Source: Bdellovibrionales bacterium
Lineage (GTDB): Bacteria > Bdellovibrionota > Bdellovibrionia > Bdellovibrionales > UBA1609
DNA length: 64,000 bases
Assembly (NCBI GenBank): GCA_015163875.1
Contig: JAAOIH010000001.1
Span: forward strand, 17,641 to 81,640
Reading direction: 5' to 3'
Position numbers and translations under genes: made by a program. This document shows, piece by piece, positions 39,550-48,179 of the stretch. How positions within the stretch are numbered: the stretch's first letter is position 1; each line of letters opens with the position of its first letter. The notes below the pieces were generated by a model that saw nothing but the letters and a program-made list of their open reading frames with translations, was not told where the DNA came from and searched no databases.

Positions 39550-39600
39550 AAAAATTTCTAAATGTGGAGACCGCAACCCAATGCCACATTCTTGCGGCAT
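39550..39600 (-). pseudogene. 17-codon N-terminal segment of the DUF692/MNIO gene, in frame with the main ORF but cut off by one TAA (39547-39549)
   Basis: Minus strand reads ATG CCG CAA GAA TGT GGC ATT GGG TTG CGG TCT CCA CAT TTA GAA ATT TTT TAA = MPQECGIGLRSPHLEIF-stop, then KKKYKN-MWLEIHPENYF in the same frame. GIGLR is the conserved first strand of DUF692 enzymes. Confidence 0.65.
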
Positions 39601-39644
39601 TGGTTTTTTTATAGAATTTTGCATTCTATTGTTAACAATTATAT

Positions 39645-39908
39645 TTATTTTTTCTTAATAGTGTTAACTAAGCTTCCGCCAACTATTTTTTTGCACAAAC
39701 CTTTTGGAACTACTATAAACGCATCTTTTTGTGCATTTTTTTTAGCACTACCAGCGCAAGAAGTGGTATTAGTTGAGCAATCGTTTTGGCCAGCTTTTAC
39801 TATTCCGTAGCATTTTTCTTTTTTTGCAGCACTTGCATCTTTGGCCTGTGTAGTGATAGCCAAAAGAGCAATTGCGGATATGCTTGCAGCAATTTGTTTT
39901 TTAGTCAT
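39645..39908 (-). CDS. DUF2282-family secreted Cys-containing precursor peptide (bufferin BufA1-like)
   Basis: Sec signal [27 protein letters not shown], then [24 protein letters not shown]...[13 protein letters not shown] with four Cys in DUF2282 spacing. GGAG RBS. Confidence 0.85.
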   Translation of the reverse strand: MTKKQIAASISAIALLAITTQAKDASAAKKEKCYGIVKAGQNDCSTNTTSCAGSAKKNAQKDAFIVVPKGLCKKIVGGSLVNTIKKK

Positions 39909-39935
39909 AGTTTTCTCCGTGTTTTAATTACACAT

Positions 39936-39963
39936 AATTTAAAAGTTTAAAAAAATAAGTCAA
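39936..39963 (-). promoter_or_regulatory. possible sigma70-type promoter of the RiPP operon
   Basis: Minus strand TTGACT-N16-TAAATT about 30 nt upstream of the GGAG RBS of the precursor gene. Pattern match only. Confidence 0.3.
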
Positions 39964-39980
39964 TGAGCATTTTTGTATTT

Positions 39981-40505
39981 TTATTTAAAGCTGATTAGCC
40001 GTTCTCCAGATTCCACATTGTCATTTTTTTTTACTAATATTTCTTTAATACAGACATCATCTGGTGCTTGAATTTCGTTTTCCATTTTCATAGCCTCTAT
40101 TATTAATAATGGAGAGCCTTTTTTATAAGTTTTTCCAACTTCGGCATATAATTCTACAATTTTCCCAGGCATTCCAGCTAAAATACTAGAAGATTTTTGC
40201 AAGCCAGATCCAGCCCCGATTTCTTCTCTTAGTATTTCTTCTTCATTTAACACATTTAAAGATCTGTGAGAGCCCTTGCAGAATAATATTTTTTTATCAC
40301 CATGCTTTGAGCTATGAAGAACATGAGATTTATTTTTAAAAATAAAACTCACAGCATCCGGAAGCTCTACAAAATCTTTTTTAGATATTATATACGAAGC
40401 TTTTTTTTCTAAATCTTCTTCTTCAAGCTCAATGTGCCACTCTTCTAAATGCTCAATAATATCTAGCATATAAGTTTTGTTTTTCATATTAACTTTAAAT
40501 TTCAT
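39981..40505 (-). CDS. biotin carboxyl carrier domain protein (stand-alone C-terminal part of an acyl-CoA carboxylase alpha subunit)
   Basis: Biotinylation motif EAMKMENEI in a C-terminal biotinyl/lipoyl domain. About 100-aa N-terminal linker/BT-like region. Own GGAG RBS. Confidence 0.8.
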   Translation of the reverse strand: MKFKVNMKNKTYMLDIIEHLEEWHIELEEEDLEKKASYIISKKDFVELPDAVSFIFKNKSHVLHSSKHGDKKILFCKGSHRSLNVLNEEEILREEIGAGSGLQKSSSILAGMPGKIVELYAEVGKTYKKGSPLLIIEAMKMENEIQAPDDVCIKEILVKKNDNVESGERLISFK

Positions 40506-40544
40506 ATTCTGTTACTCCAAAAATAGTATTATACAAAAATTTTT

Positions 40545-42026
40545 TTAAAAATCATCTTCTGTTGGCGAGTTTTTCCAAACACTTTGGTGAGCTGAATTTA
40601 TATTTTTACTTTTTAGCTTTTGCAAAGCTGCTGTAATTATAAAAACATGATCATTTACAAAAGAAAAAAATTCTTTGTGCTTTTTATTAATAATATTTTT
40701 TTCAATAAATCCAGTATGGTAAGTTGCATCTGTAAACATTGGGTGTTGCAATATATGTTTGTGTAAAATAATATTTGTTTTAATTCCAGTTATTCTTGTT
40801 TCTTGTATTGCAGTAGTTAATCTTTTTATGCAAGTTTCTCTAGAGTCTCCCCATGCAATAATTTTTGTAATTAACGGATCATAACTTAATGGCACACAAT
40901 AGCCAGAGTATGCGCAACTATCTACCCTAATAAATGGACCCTGAGGATGCTGACACAAACTAATTGTTCCAGGATTTGGTAAAAAAGTTTTTGGATCTTC
41001 GGCACAAATTCTAAGTTCAATTGCGTGGCCTTGAGATTTTAAATCAGACTGCTTCCACGAAAGCTTTAAACCAGCCGCAACTCTAATTTGTTCTTTTACT
41101 AAATCTACTCCAACCGTCATTTCTGTTATTGGGTGCTCTACCTGCAGTCTGGGATTAATTTCCATAAAATAAAATTTTTCAGAATGAGGCTCGTAAATAA
41201 ACTCCATTGTTCCGGCGCTAAAATATTTTAAATGCTTTCCTGCTTTTGCAGATAAGTCACAAATTTTTTTTCTTACACTTGGTTTTAAGTTATGAGCTGG
41301 CGACTCTTCTAATATTTTTTGATTACGCCTTTGGGCAGAGCACTCTCTTTCAAAAAGATGTACAACATTACCTTTTTGGTCGCCAAAAATTTGCACTTCA
41401 ATATGTTTTGGGTTAATTACAAGTTTTTCTATAAAAACACGATCGTCATTAAAATAAACAAGGCCTTCTTTTTTACATTTTATTAATGCAGATTCTAATT
41501 CTTCTTGTTTAAAAACTTTTGCAATACCCTTGCCACCACCGCCGGCGGTAGCTTTTATAATTATTGGATATCCAATTTTTTCTGCAACACTTTGTGCCTC
41601 TTTAATGGATTTAATTGCATCTTCGCTACCTGGCAATAAAGGCATTTTTATTTTTTTCATTTCTTCTCTTGCACTTAACTTATCACCAATTTTTTTAATT
41701 AATTTTGGAGAGGGCCCTATAAAAATTATTCCAGCGTCAATAACGGCTTGTGCAAAATTAGGGTCTTCGCTTAAAAATCCATAACCAGGGTGAATTGCAT
41801 CTACTTTTGCTTTTTTTGCAATGTTAATAATATTTTTAATATTTAAATAAGATTCTTTTGCGTCGGCTGCACCAACATAATATGCTCTGTCTGCAAGCAA
41901 CACATGCAAAGCCTGACGATCTTCTTCGCTAAAAATAGCAATGCTTTCTATTCCCATTGTTCTGGCTGTGCGAATAATACGAACGGCAATTTCGCCACGA
42001 TTTGCAATTAATATTTTTTTAAACAT
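40545..42026 (-). CDS. accC: biotin carboxylase (acyl-CoA carboxylase alpha subunit, BC domain)
   Basis: MFKKILIANRGEIAVRIIRT, ATP-grasp GGGGKG, EMNPRLQVEHPITE-type motif (MEINPRLQVEHPITE). Confidence 0.95.
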   Translation of the reverse strand: MFKKILIANRGEIAVRIIRTARTMGIESIAIFSEEDRQALHVLLADRAYYVGAADAKESYLNIKNIINIAKKAKVDAIHPGYGFLSEDPNFAQAVIDAGIIFIGPSPKLIKKIGDKLSAREEMKKIKMPLLPGSEDAIKSIKEAQSVAEKIGYPIIIKATAGGGGKGIAKVFKQEELESALIKCKKEGLVYFNDDRVFIEKLVINPKHIEVQIFGDQKGNVVHLFERECSAQRRNQKILEESPAHNLKPSVRKKICDLSAKAGKHLKYFSAGTMEFIYEPHSEKFYFMEINPRLQVEHPITEMTVGVDLVKEQIRVAAGLKLSWKQSDLKSQGHAIELRICAEDPKTFLPNPGTISLCQHPQGPFIRVDSCAYSGYCVPLSYDPLITKIIAWGDSRETCIKRLTTAIQETRITGIKTNIILHKHILQHPMFTDATYHTGFIEKNIINKKHKEFFSFVNDHVFIITAALQKLKSKNINSAHQSVWKNSPTEDDF

Positions 42027-42038
42027 ACAAAAACTTTT

Positions 42039-43592
42039 TTACAATGGAGGGTTGCCATGTTTTTTTGCTGGATTTTTATCACGCTTATTTTTTAGTGCAT
42101 CAAATGCCTGAACAATATGTTTTCTAGTGTCTTTTGGTAAAATAATTTGATCAATATAACCTAAGTTTGCAGCAACAAAAGGATTGCTAAACTGCTCTTC
42201 ATATTTTTTTATTAATTCTGTTTTTGTTTGTTCTGGATTTTTAGATTCTTTCATTTCTTTTTTGCAAATTACATTAATTGCGCCCTCGGCACCCATAACG
42301 GCAATCTCTGCATTTGGATAAGCTAAATTAATGTCGCCCCTTAAATGCCTAGATGACATTACAATATATGCTCCACCATAAGCCTTTCTTGCGGTAAGAG
42401 TAACTTTTGGAACTGTTGCTTCGGCGTATGCATAAAGTAATTTTGCACCATGAGTAATAAGCCCGTTCCATTCTTGATTTGTCCCTGGTAAAAACCCAGG
42501 AACATCTACCAAGCTTAGTATTGGAATATTAAATGCATCACAAAATCTAATAAAGCGTGCAGCTTTTCTGCTTGCGTCTATGTTTAAGCAACCAGCCAAA
42601 ACTTGTGGTTGATTTGCAACGATGCCAATATTTTGTCCGTCCATTCTTGAAAAACCGGTAACTATGTTGGCTGCAAAGCTTTGTTGTGTTTCAAAAAAAT
42701 AAGAGTCATCAACAATATTTTTAATAATTTGTTTTATGTCGTATGGTTTTTTTGCATTATCTGGAATAATATTTTCTAATTCGTTGTTGGGGCCTAAATT
42801 TTTGTTTTCTATATTTTTAGAAACAAGAATTTCTTTATTATTTGATGGTAAAAAATTTAAAAGTTCTCTAATCATTAACAAACAATTTTTATCATCACTT
42901 GTTGCAAAGTGTGCAACTCCAGATTTTTGAGTATGAGTTTTTGCACCACCTAATTCTTCTTGGCTAACCTCTTCGTGAGTTACTGTTTTAATTACATCGG
43001 GACCAGTTACAAACATATAACTAGTATCTTTTACCATAAAAACAAAATCTGTCAGACTTGGTCCGTAAACTGCCCCGCCAGCGCAGGCCCCCATAATTGC
43101 ACTAATTTGAGGTATTACTCCCGAGGCTTTTATGTGCCGTAAAAATATATCTCCATAAGCTGCTAAAGATTCTACTCCCTCTTGAATTCTGGCCCCACCG
43201 GAATCATTTATTGCTATAAGAGGTGCTCCATTTTTTAAAGCCATGTCCATTATTTTTACAATTTTTTCTCCTTGAACTTTACTCATGCTTCCGCCCAAAA
43301 CACTAAAGTCCTGGCTGTATATAAAAACTAATCTACCATTAATTTTTCCGTAGCCTGTTATAACTCCGTCGCCATAAAATTGTTTTTTTTCCATTCCAAA
43401 ATTTTGACAATTATGTTTTCTTAATTGGTCTGTTTCTGTAAATGTATTTTTATCTAATAAAAATTCGATGCGCTCTCTTGCCGTAAGTCGATTATTTTTT
43501 TTATATTTTTCAGCGCTTGCAGATCCGCCGCCCTCTAAAGCTTTATTTATTTTTTTATTTAATAAGTCGTTATTACTTTGTTTAGTTTCCAT
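42039..43592 (-). CDS. acyl-CoA carboxylase carboxyltransferase beta subunit (propionyl-/methylcrotonyl-CoA carboxylase type)
   Basis: 517 aa two-lobed carboxyltransferase (RERIEFLLD, INDSGGARIQEG, GACAGGAVYGP, KAYGGAYIVM). Confidence 0.95.
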   Translation of the reverse strand: METKQSNNDLLNKKINKALEGGGSASAEKYKKNNRLTARERIEFLLDKNTFTETDQLRKHNCQNFGMEKKQFYGDGVITGYGKINGRLVFIYSQDFSVLGGSMSKVQGEKIVKIMDMALKNGAPLIAINDSGGARIQEGVESLAAYGDIFLRHIKASGVIPQISAIMGACAGGAVYGPSLTDFVFMVKDTSYMFVTGPDVIKTVTHEEVSQEELGGAKTHTQKSGVAHFATSDDKNCLLMIRELLNFLPSNNKEILVSKNIENKNLGPNNELENIIPDNAKKPYDIKQIIKNIVDDSYFFETQQSFAANIVTGFSRMDGQNIGIVANQPQVLAGCLNIDASRKAARFIRFCDAFNIPILSLVDVPGFLPGTNQEWNGLITHGAKLLYAYAEATVPKVTLTARKAYGGAYIVMSSRHLRGDINLAYPNAEIAVMGAEGAINVICKKEMKESKNPEQTKTELIKKYEEQFSNPFVAANLGYIDQIILPKDTRKHIVQAFDALKNKRDKNPAKKHGNPPL

Positions 43593-43657
43593 AAGAATTT
43601 TGTATAATTATAGAGCATAGGTAGCATTATGCTACGCGTTAATTAGCATAATAAGGG

Positions 43658-44125
43658 CTAATTATGATAGGGGAGGTTCTTCCAAATATTTAAACTTCTG
43701 TAAATTTGCTCCATAGCCATAATTTGAGCAATATGGTGATTAAAACTTTGATAAGATAAGCTTAAAGTTTTGTCTGCTGTTTTTTTTATTTTTTCGTTTA
43801 CACCGTAAGCACCCCCAACAATAAAATAAATTTTATCAGGAGAGGACTCCCAAACAGAAATTAATTCTTTTGCAAACTCATTTGATGACAAGCAAAGTTT
43901 TCCGCGCTCATCAAATAAAATAATTTTACCACCGGGTTTAATATTTTTTAAAATACTTTTTGAATCTTCTTCTTTTTTTAATTCCTTATGCTCTCGGCTG
44001 ATACCCTTGCTTTTTGCACTACAAATATCAAAATTAATAAAATAATTAATTTTTTTTTGATATTGTTTTTGAGCCTCTAAAACCCAAGGCTCGTTATGCT
44101 GCGTACAAAGAAAAATATTTTTCAT
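43658..44125 (-). CDS. rlmH: 23S rRNA (pseudouridine1915-N3)-methyltransferase RlmH
   Basis: 155 aa SPOUT fold. C-terminal LSLSYQSFNHHIAQIMAMEQIYRSLNIWKNLPYH matches the RlmH tail. Confidence 0.9.
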   Translation of the reverse strand: MKNIFLCTQHNEPWVLEAQKQYQKKINYFINFDICSAKSKGISREHKELKKEEDSKSILKNIKPGGKIILFDERGKLCLSSNEFAKELISVWESSPDKIYFIVGGAYGVNEKIKKTADKTLSLSYQSFNHHIAQIMAMEQIYRSLNIWKNLPYHN

Positions 44126-44183
44126 ATACTTACTCTAGAATTTTTTCTTGCTTTCTACTAGTTTTTTTATATAAGTTTTGTAT

Positions 44184-44894
44184 ATGAGACTAATTACAAA
44201 AATATTTTATTTATTTTGTCTTTTTATTTTAAGCAGCTCTTGCGAAAACACAAATAATCTAAAATCTCTGGGGCTGTTTAAGGCAGCAGATACTAATTAT
44301 AGCAAAAACCTTAGATTTATTTCTTTTAAAAAATTAAAAAAAAGTTTACCAGCAAACTCAATTGCTGTCGGGCTAGATGTTGATGATACAGTTTTATTTT
44401 CTAGTCCTGGATTTATGTATCGGGTAAATAATATAGATGGCAAGGGCGGACAAAATAAATATGGAAAAACACTATCTGCGCAGTTAAAAAATAAACAATT
44501 TTGGAAAGATATGAATTTTAAATTTGATCAATTTAGCATGCCTAAAAAAATTGCATATAAAATAATTGCACTTCATAAAAAAAGAGGAGATAAAATTTAC
44601 TTTATTACCGCAAGGCCCCCCTCCAAAAAAGAAAGGCTGTCTATAATATTAGCCAAACATTTTAAATTATCACATAAAAAATTATTATATTTTTCTAACA
44701 GAAAAACTAAAGCTCCGTTTATTAAAAAATTAAATATTAAGTTATTTTATGGAGATTCTGACTCAGACATAACCAGCGCTAAAGAGGCGGGGGTTAGAGC
44801 TATAAGAATTTTAAGATCGCCGATGTCTAATTATAAAAAAAAGTTTTCTTTAGGAAAGTTTAAAGAAGAAATTTTACAAAATTCTGCACTATAA
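44184..44894 (+). CDS. aphA: class B acid phosphatase (AphA-like, HAD/DDDD family)
   Basis: GLDVDDTVLFSSPGF and FYGDSDSDITSAKEAGVRAIRILR closely follow the E. coli AphA motifs (DIDDTVLFSSPGF, FYGDSDNDI). Signal/lipobox-like N-terminus. Confidence 0.85.
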   Translation: MRLITKIFYLFCLFILSSSCENTNNLKSLGLFKAADTNYSKNLRFISFKKLKKSLPANSIAVGLDVDDTVLFSSPGFMYRVNNIDGKGGQNKYGKTLSAQLKNKQFWKDMNFKFDQFSMPKKIAYKIIALHKKRGDKIYFITARPPSKKERLSIILAKHFKLSHKKLLYFSNRKTKAPFIKKLNIKLFYGDSDSDITSAKEAGVRAIRILRSPMSNYKKKFSLGKFKEEILQNSAL

Positions 44895-44958
44895 AATTTA
44901 TGCAATTAAATTTAGGCCGTAATGTTTTTGCACAATATTTGTCCAGACAAACTATAAT

Positions 44959-45783
44959 TTAAGAAAATAACTTTTTGCACCTAAGTGATAAATTTTTTTC
45001 ACTCATCCAAACTCGATCAATAATAATTTTAGGTGTAGAAACTTTTTGAATTAATTTTTGATCTAATAATTCTTCAGCCGTATAATGTGTCATTTTTAGC
45101 GAATCAAAAGCGCCAAGCATTGCTATTTTAAGTAAAAAATTTTCCCATTTTTTTTTATTTTTTAAATTTTTAGAATTTTCTAAAAAAAGTTTATTTAATA
45201 AAAAACTATCTACAGCAGACTCTTGCTTTCCATCAAGTTTAGAGGCATGAAATCCTAATTTTGTAGAGGCCAGCATTATTTTTTGACTGCCAAGAAAAAA
45301 TAAACCTGCGGCAGCAGACAGCGCATTACCAGTTACTATTGTAGTTAATCTTTGAGAGTCTATTGTTTTGTCCATTTCCATAATTGGATTTGCATAACCT
45401 CCAGGGCTATCAATTAAAAAAATTAAAGCTTTGTTTTTATTTTTATCATATTTGTTTAACCAAAAATTAATATCATGATGTAAGTTTTTATATATTTCGC
45501 CTTTTATAGATATTGCGACATATTTTTCGCTATTAAAAAGTTTTAAGTTTCCCATTTCACTTGTTGGGGTATTTTTTTTATTTAAAAAAGACATGATAGA
45601 TAAATTAATAGGGCTGTATGGCCTTTTTATTTTATCCTCTAAAGAAGTTTTTATTAATGTCGCAAAATTAGCAACTTGCCTTTGGCTGCTAGTTTTTTGC
45701 AATGTACTTTTTAAATTACTGGCAAAAACAGAATTATTAAATATAAGATTTATAAGTATAAAATATAAGAAAATATTTTTCAT
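44959..45783 (-). CDS. secreted ClpP/SppA-fold serine peptidase-like protein
   Basis: Signal peptide. LIDSPGGY and ALSAAAGLFFLGS resemble the ClpP/S49 fold motifs. Confidence 0.5.
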   Translation of the reverse strand: MKNIFLYFILINLIFNNSVFASNLKSTLQKTSSQRQVANFATLIKTSLEDKIKRPYSPINLSIMSFLNKKNTPTSEMGNLKLFNSEKYVAISIKGEIYKNLHHDINFWLNKYDKNKNKALIFLIDSPGGYANPIMEMDKTIDSQRLTTIVTGNALSAAAGLFFLGSQKIMLASTKLGFHASKLDGKQESAVDSFLLNKLFLENSKNLKNKKKWENFLLKIAMLGAFDSLKMTHYTAEELLDQKLIQKVSTPKIIIDRVWMSEKNLSLRCKKLFS

Positions 45784-45824
45784 ACTTAAATATTTGCAAA
45801 AAATGTACTTGAAAGTGTATTAAT

Positions 45825-46841
45825 ATGATACAGTTTGCCATGGATTCTTTATCTCAAATAGCACTAGGCGCCAGCATTGCTATAGTAGCCACCAGCGGAA
45901 CAAAACATCGCAGAATAATATTTTGGGCGGCATTTTTGGCAACTTTGCCAGACTTAGATATTTTTTTTCCAGCAGCTAATGATTTAGAGCTAGCATTATC
46001 ACATAGAACATGGACTCACTCTTGGATAATTCAATCCTTGATTGCACCTTTTGCGGCATGGTTAATTTATAAAATAGATAAAACTTTAAATTATTTACAC
46101 TGGCTGTTAATTGTTTGGTTGGTGTGGGTTACCCATAGCGCATTAGATGTTTTTACAGTTTACGGAACACATATATTTTGGCCATTTGGAGGTGAATCTA
46201 TATTTTTGGCCAATGTTTTTATAATAGATCCTCTTTATACTTTGCCATTTTTACTAACATTAATCTTAGCTTTTTTTTCAAAGACAAAAAATGCCTACAG
46301 ACTAGCAACCGCAGGATTAATTATAAGTAATGTTTATTTATTATGGACTTTGTCTGCACAAAAATTTATTTTTCAAAGAACAGTTGTAGAATTAAAAAAA
46401 CAAAATATTTCTTACGAAAAAATTTTTATTGGCCCAACATATTTTAATAGCTTTTTATGGAGGATAGTTGTTTTAAAAAAAGAAAAATACTACGAAGCCT
46501 TTAGTTCTGTTTTTGATAAAACTCCAAATATTTATTTTAGTTCTTATTCTAGAAACTTAAATTTAATATCCAGCTTAAAAAAAGAGCCTGTAATAAAAAA
46601 ACTTAAATATTTTAGTCATGACTATTACGCAGTAGAGCTGGCAGATAAAAAACGCAGCATTAGAGTGGTGGATTTACGAATGGGCTGGTCTGCTAATTAT
46701 TATTTTAAATATAAAATTGCAGAAATAAAAAGCTCAAAAAAAACATATAAAATTGTAACGCCACAAAGAATTACCTCAAGGCCCTTAAAGGGCGAAATAA
46801 AAAATATTTGGAATAGAATTTGGAATAAAACAAAACTATAA
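45825..46841 (+). CDS. membrane-bound metal-dependent hydrolase, YdjM/YbcI (DUF457) family with C-terminal extension
   Basis: MDSLSQIALGASIA, LPDLD, HRTWTHS motifs and multiple TMs. Confidence 0.6.
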   Translation: MIQFAMDSLSQIALGASIAIVATSGTKHRRIIFWAAFLATLPDLDIFFPAANDLELALSHRTWTHSWIIQSLIAPFAAWLIYKIDKTLNYLHWLLIVWLVWVTHSALDVFTVYGTHIFWPFGGESIFLANVFIIDPLYTLPFLLTLILAFFSKTKNAYRLATAGLIISNVYLLWTLSAQKFIFQRTVVELKKQNISYEKIFIGPTYFNSFLWRIVVLKKEKYYEAFSSVFDKTPNIYFSSYSRNLNLISSLKKEPVIKKLKYFSHDYYAVELADKKRSIRVVDLRMGWSANYYFKYKIAEIKSSKKTYKIVTPQRITSRPLKGEIKNIWNRIWNKTKL

Positions 46842-46860
46842 AACAAAGTTATAAAAAAAC

Positions 46861-48150
46861 TTAAGGATACATTCTTCCGTACATTCTAGGAAAGGCTATT
46901 GTTTCTCTAACATGAGACAAGCCACAAATCCAACTAACAGTTCTTTCAAGCCCAAGCCCAAATCCAGAACTTTGAAATGCCCCGTATCTTCTTAAATCTG
47001 TATACCATTTTAAATGTTCTAAGTTTAGATCATGTTCTTTAATTTTTTTTTCTAAAATTTCTAGCCTGTCTTCTCTTTGACCGCCTCCAATAATTTCTCC
47101 GTAACCCTCTGTTGCCAAAAGATCGCAACTTAAAGAGTAAGTTGGGTCAGCCTCTTCTTCTTTCATATAAAAAGCTTTAATTGCTGTTGGATAATGATGA
47201 ACAAAAACTGGTTTATCAAATTGTGAACTAATAATAGTTTCATCTGTAGCGCCAAAGTCATTGCCGTCTTTAAATCCCGTATCTTTTTTTAGCAAAATTT
47301 CAACAGCTTCTTTGTAATGTAATTTTGGAAATGGAGCTTTTATTTTTTCTAAAGTGGAGGTGTCTCGTTCTAAAGTTTTTAGTTCTTCTTTTTTATTTTT
47401 TAGTACCCTTCCAACAATGTATTCTACAAATTGCTCTGCTAGTTCCATGTTGTCTTTTAGATTTGCAAAGGCCACCTCTGGTTCTACCATCCAAAATTCA
47501 ATTAAGTGTCTTCTTGTTTTAGATTTTTCTGCCCTAAAAGTTGGGCCAAAACAATAAGCTTTGCCAAGAGCTGCGGCAGCGGCTTCCATATATAATTGTC
47601 CACTTTGTGACAAGTATGCTTTTTCGTCAAAGTATTGAGTTTCAAATAAAGTGCTAGTTCCCTCGCAAGCATTGGGAGTAAAAATAGGTGCATCTGATAA
47701 TGTAAAACCTTTTCCATTAAAAAAATCATAAATAGCAGAAACAATTTCTGCCCTAATTCGTAAAATGGCATTTTGTTTTTTAGATCGTATCCATAAATGG
47801 CGATTGTTCATTAAAAAATCAACACCATGATCTTTTGGAGAAATCGGAAAGTCTTTGGTGATGTGTAAAATATTTAAAGTTTCTGCACCAAGCTCAACTC
47901 CGCCCGGACTTCTTGGCTCTTCGCGAACAACGCCTGTAACCTCTACTGTTGTTTCTTGAGTTAGTTTAGCAAAATCTTCTAAAGCTTTTTCTTCACACTC
48001 ACCTTTAAAATAAATACATTGGCAAAGACCAGTTCCATCTCTTAATAATAAAAATTTAATTTTACCAGAAGACCTAGAGTTATAAACCCAACCTTTTAAA
48101 GTTACTTTTTTTCCTATATGTTTTTTTAAGTCAGAAATATAATTATGCAT
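46861..48150 (-). CDS. asnS: asparagine--tRNA ligase
   Basis: OB anticodon-binding N-domain. Class IIb core SGQLYMEAAAAALGKAYCFGPTFRAEKSKTRRHLIEFWMVEPEVAF and GFGLGLER. Confidence 0.9.
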   Translation of the reverse strand: MHNYISDLKKHIGKKVTLKGWVYNSRSSGKIKFLLLRDGTGLCQCIYFKGECEEKALEDFAKLTQETTVEVTGVVREEPRSPGGVELGAETLNILHITKDFPISPKDHGVDFLMNNRHLWIRSKKQNAILRIRAEIVSAIYDFFNGKGFTLSDAPIFTPNACEGTSTLFETQYFDEKAYLSQSGQLYMEAAAAALGKAYCFGPTFRAEKSKTRRHLIEFWMVEPEVAFANLKDNMELAEQFVEYIVGRVLKNKKEELKTLERDTSTLEKIKAPFPKLHYKEAVEILLKKDTGFKDGNDFGATDETIISSQFDKPVFVHHYPTAIKAFYMKEEEADPTYSLSCDLLATEGYGEIIGGGQREDRLEILEKKIKEHDLNLEHLKWYTDLRRYGAFQSSGFGLGLERTVSWICGLSHVRETIAFPRMYGRMYP

Positions 48151-48179
48151 ATCTTGCCTTGTTTAAGTTTGTTAAAAAT

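Noticed and set aside
39561-39603. GC-rich segment with three interleaved complementarities (AATGTGG/CCACATT, CCGCAA/TTGCGG, CCAATGCC/GGCATTGG) between the RiPP precursor and the MNIO ORF. It first looked like an attenuator or pseudoknot controlling precursor:enzyme stoichiometry.
   Set aside because: Translating it in frame with the MNIO gene gives MPQECGIGLRSPHLEIF, the conserved DUF692 N-terminus. The GC enrichment is therefore explained by coding constraint, and the stems may be incidental.
39562-39810. 82-aa plus-strand ORF overlapping the DUF2282 precursor gene.
   Set aside because: It is antisense to a well-supported gene, has no RBS or recognisable motif, and is hydrophobic and low-complexity, as expected from reading an AT-rich gene backwards.
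40506-40547. The BC and BCCP ORFs are in the same reading frame, suggesting a nonsense-split alpha subunit like the MNIO case.
   Set aside because: The spacer has two in-frame TAA codons, a GGAG RBS 8 nt before the downstream ATG and a TGTATAAT-like element. This is consistent with two genuine genes, and same-frame placement has a one-in-three chance.
43620-43646. 9-bp inverted repeat ATTATGCTA-N9-TAGCATAAT between rlmH and the carboxyltransferase gene; possible intrinsic terminator.
   Set aside because: No U-tract follows on the transcribed (minus) strand. A TATAAT-like element lies just downstream, so the region is more simply a promoter/spacer. Not enough to call a terminator.
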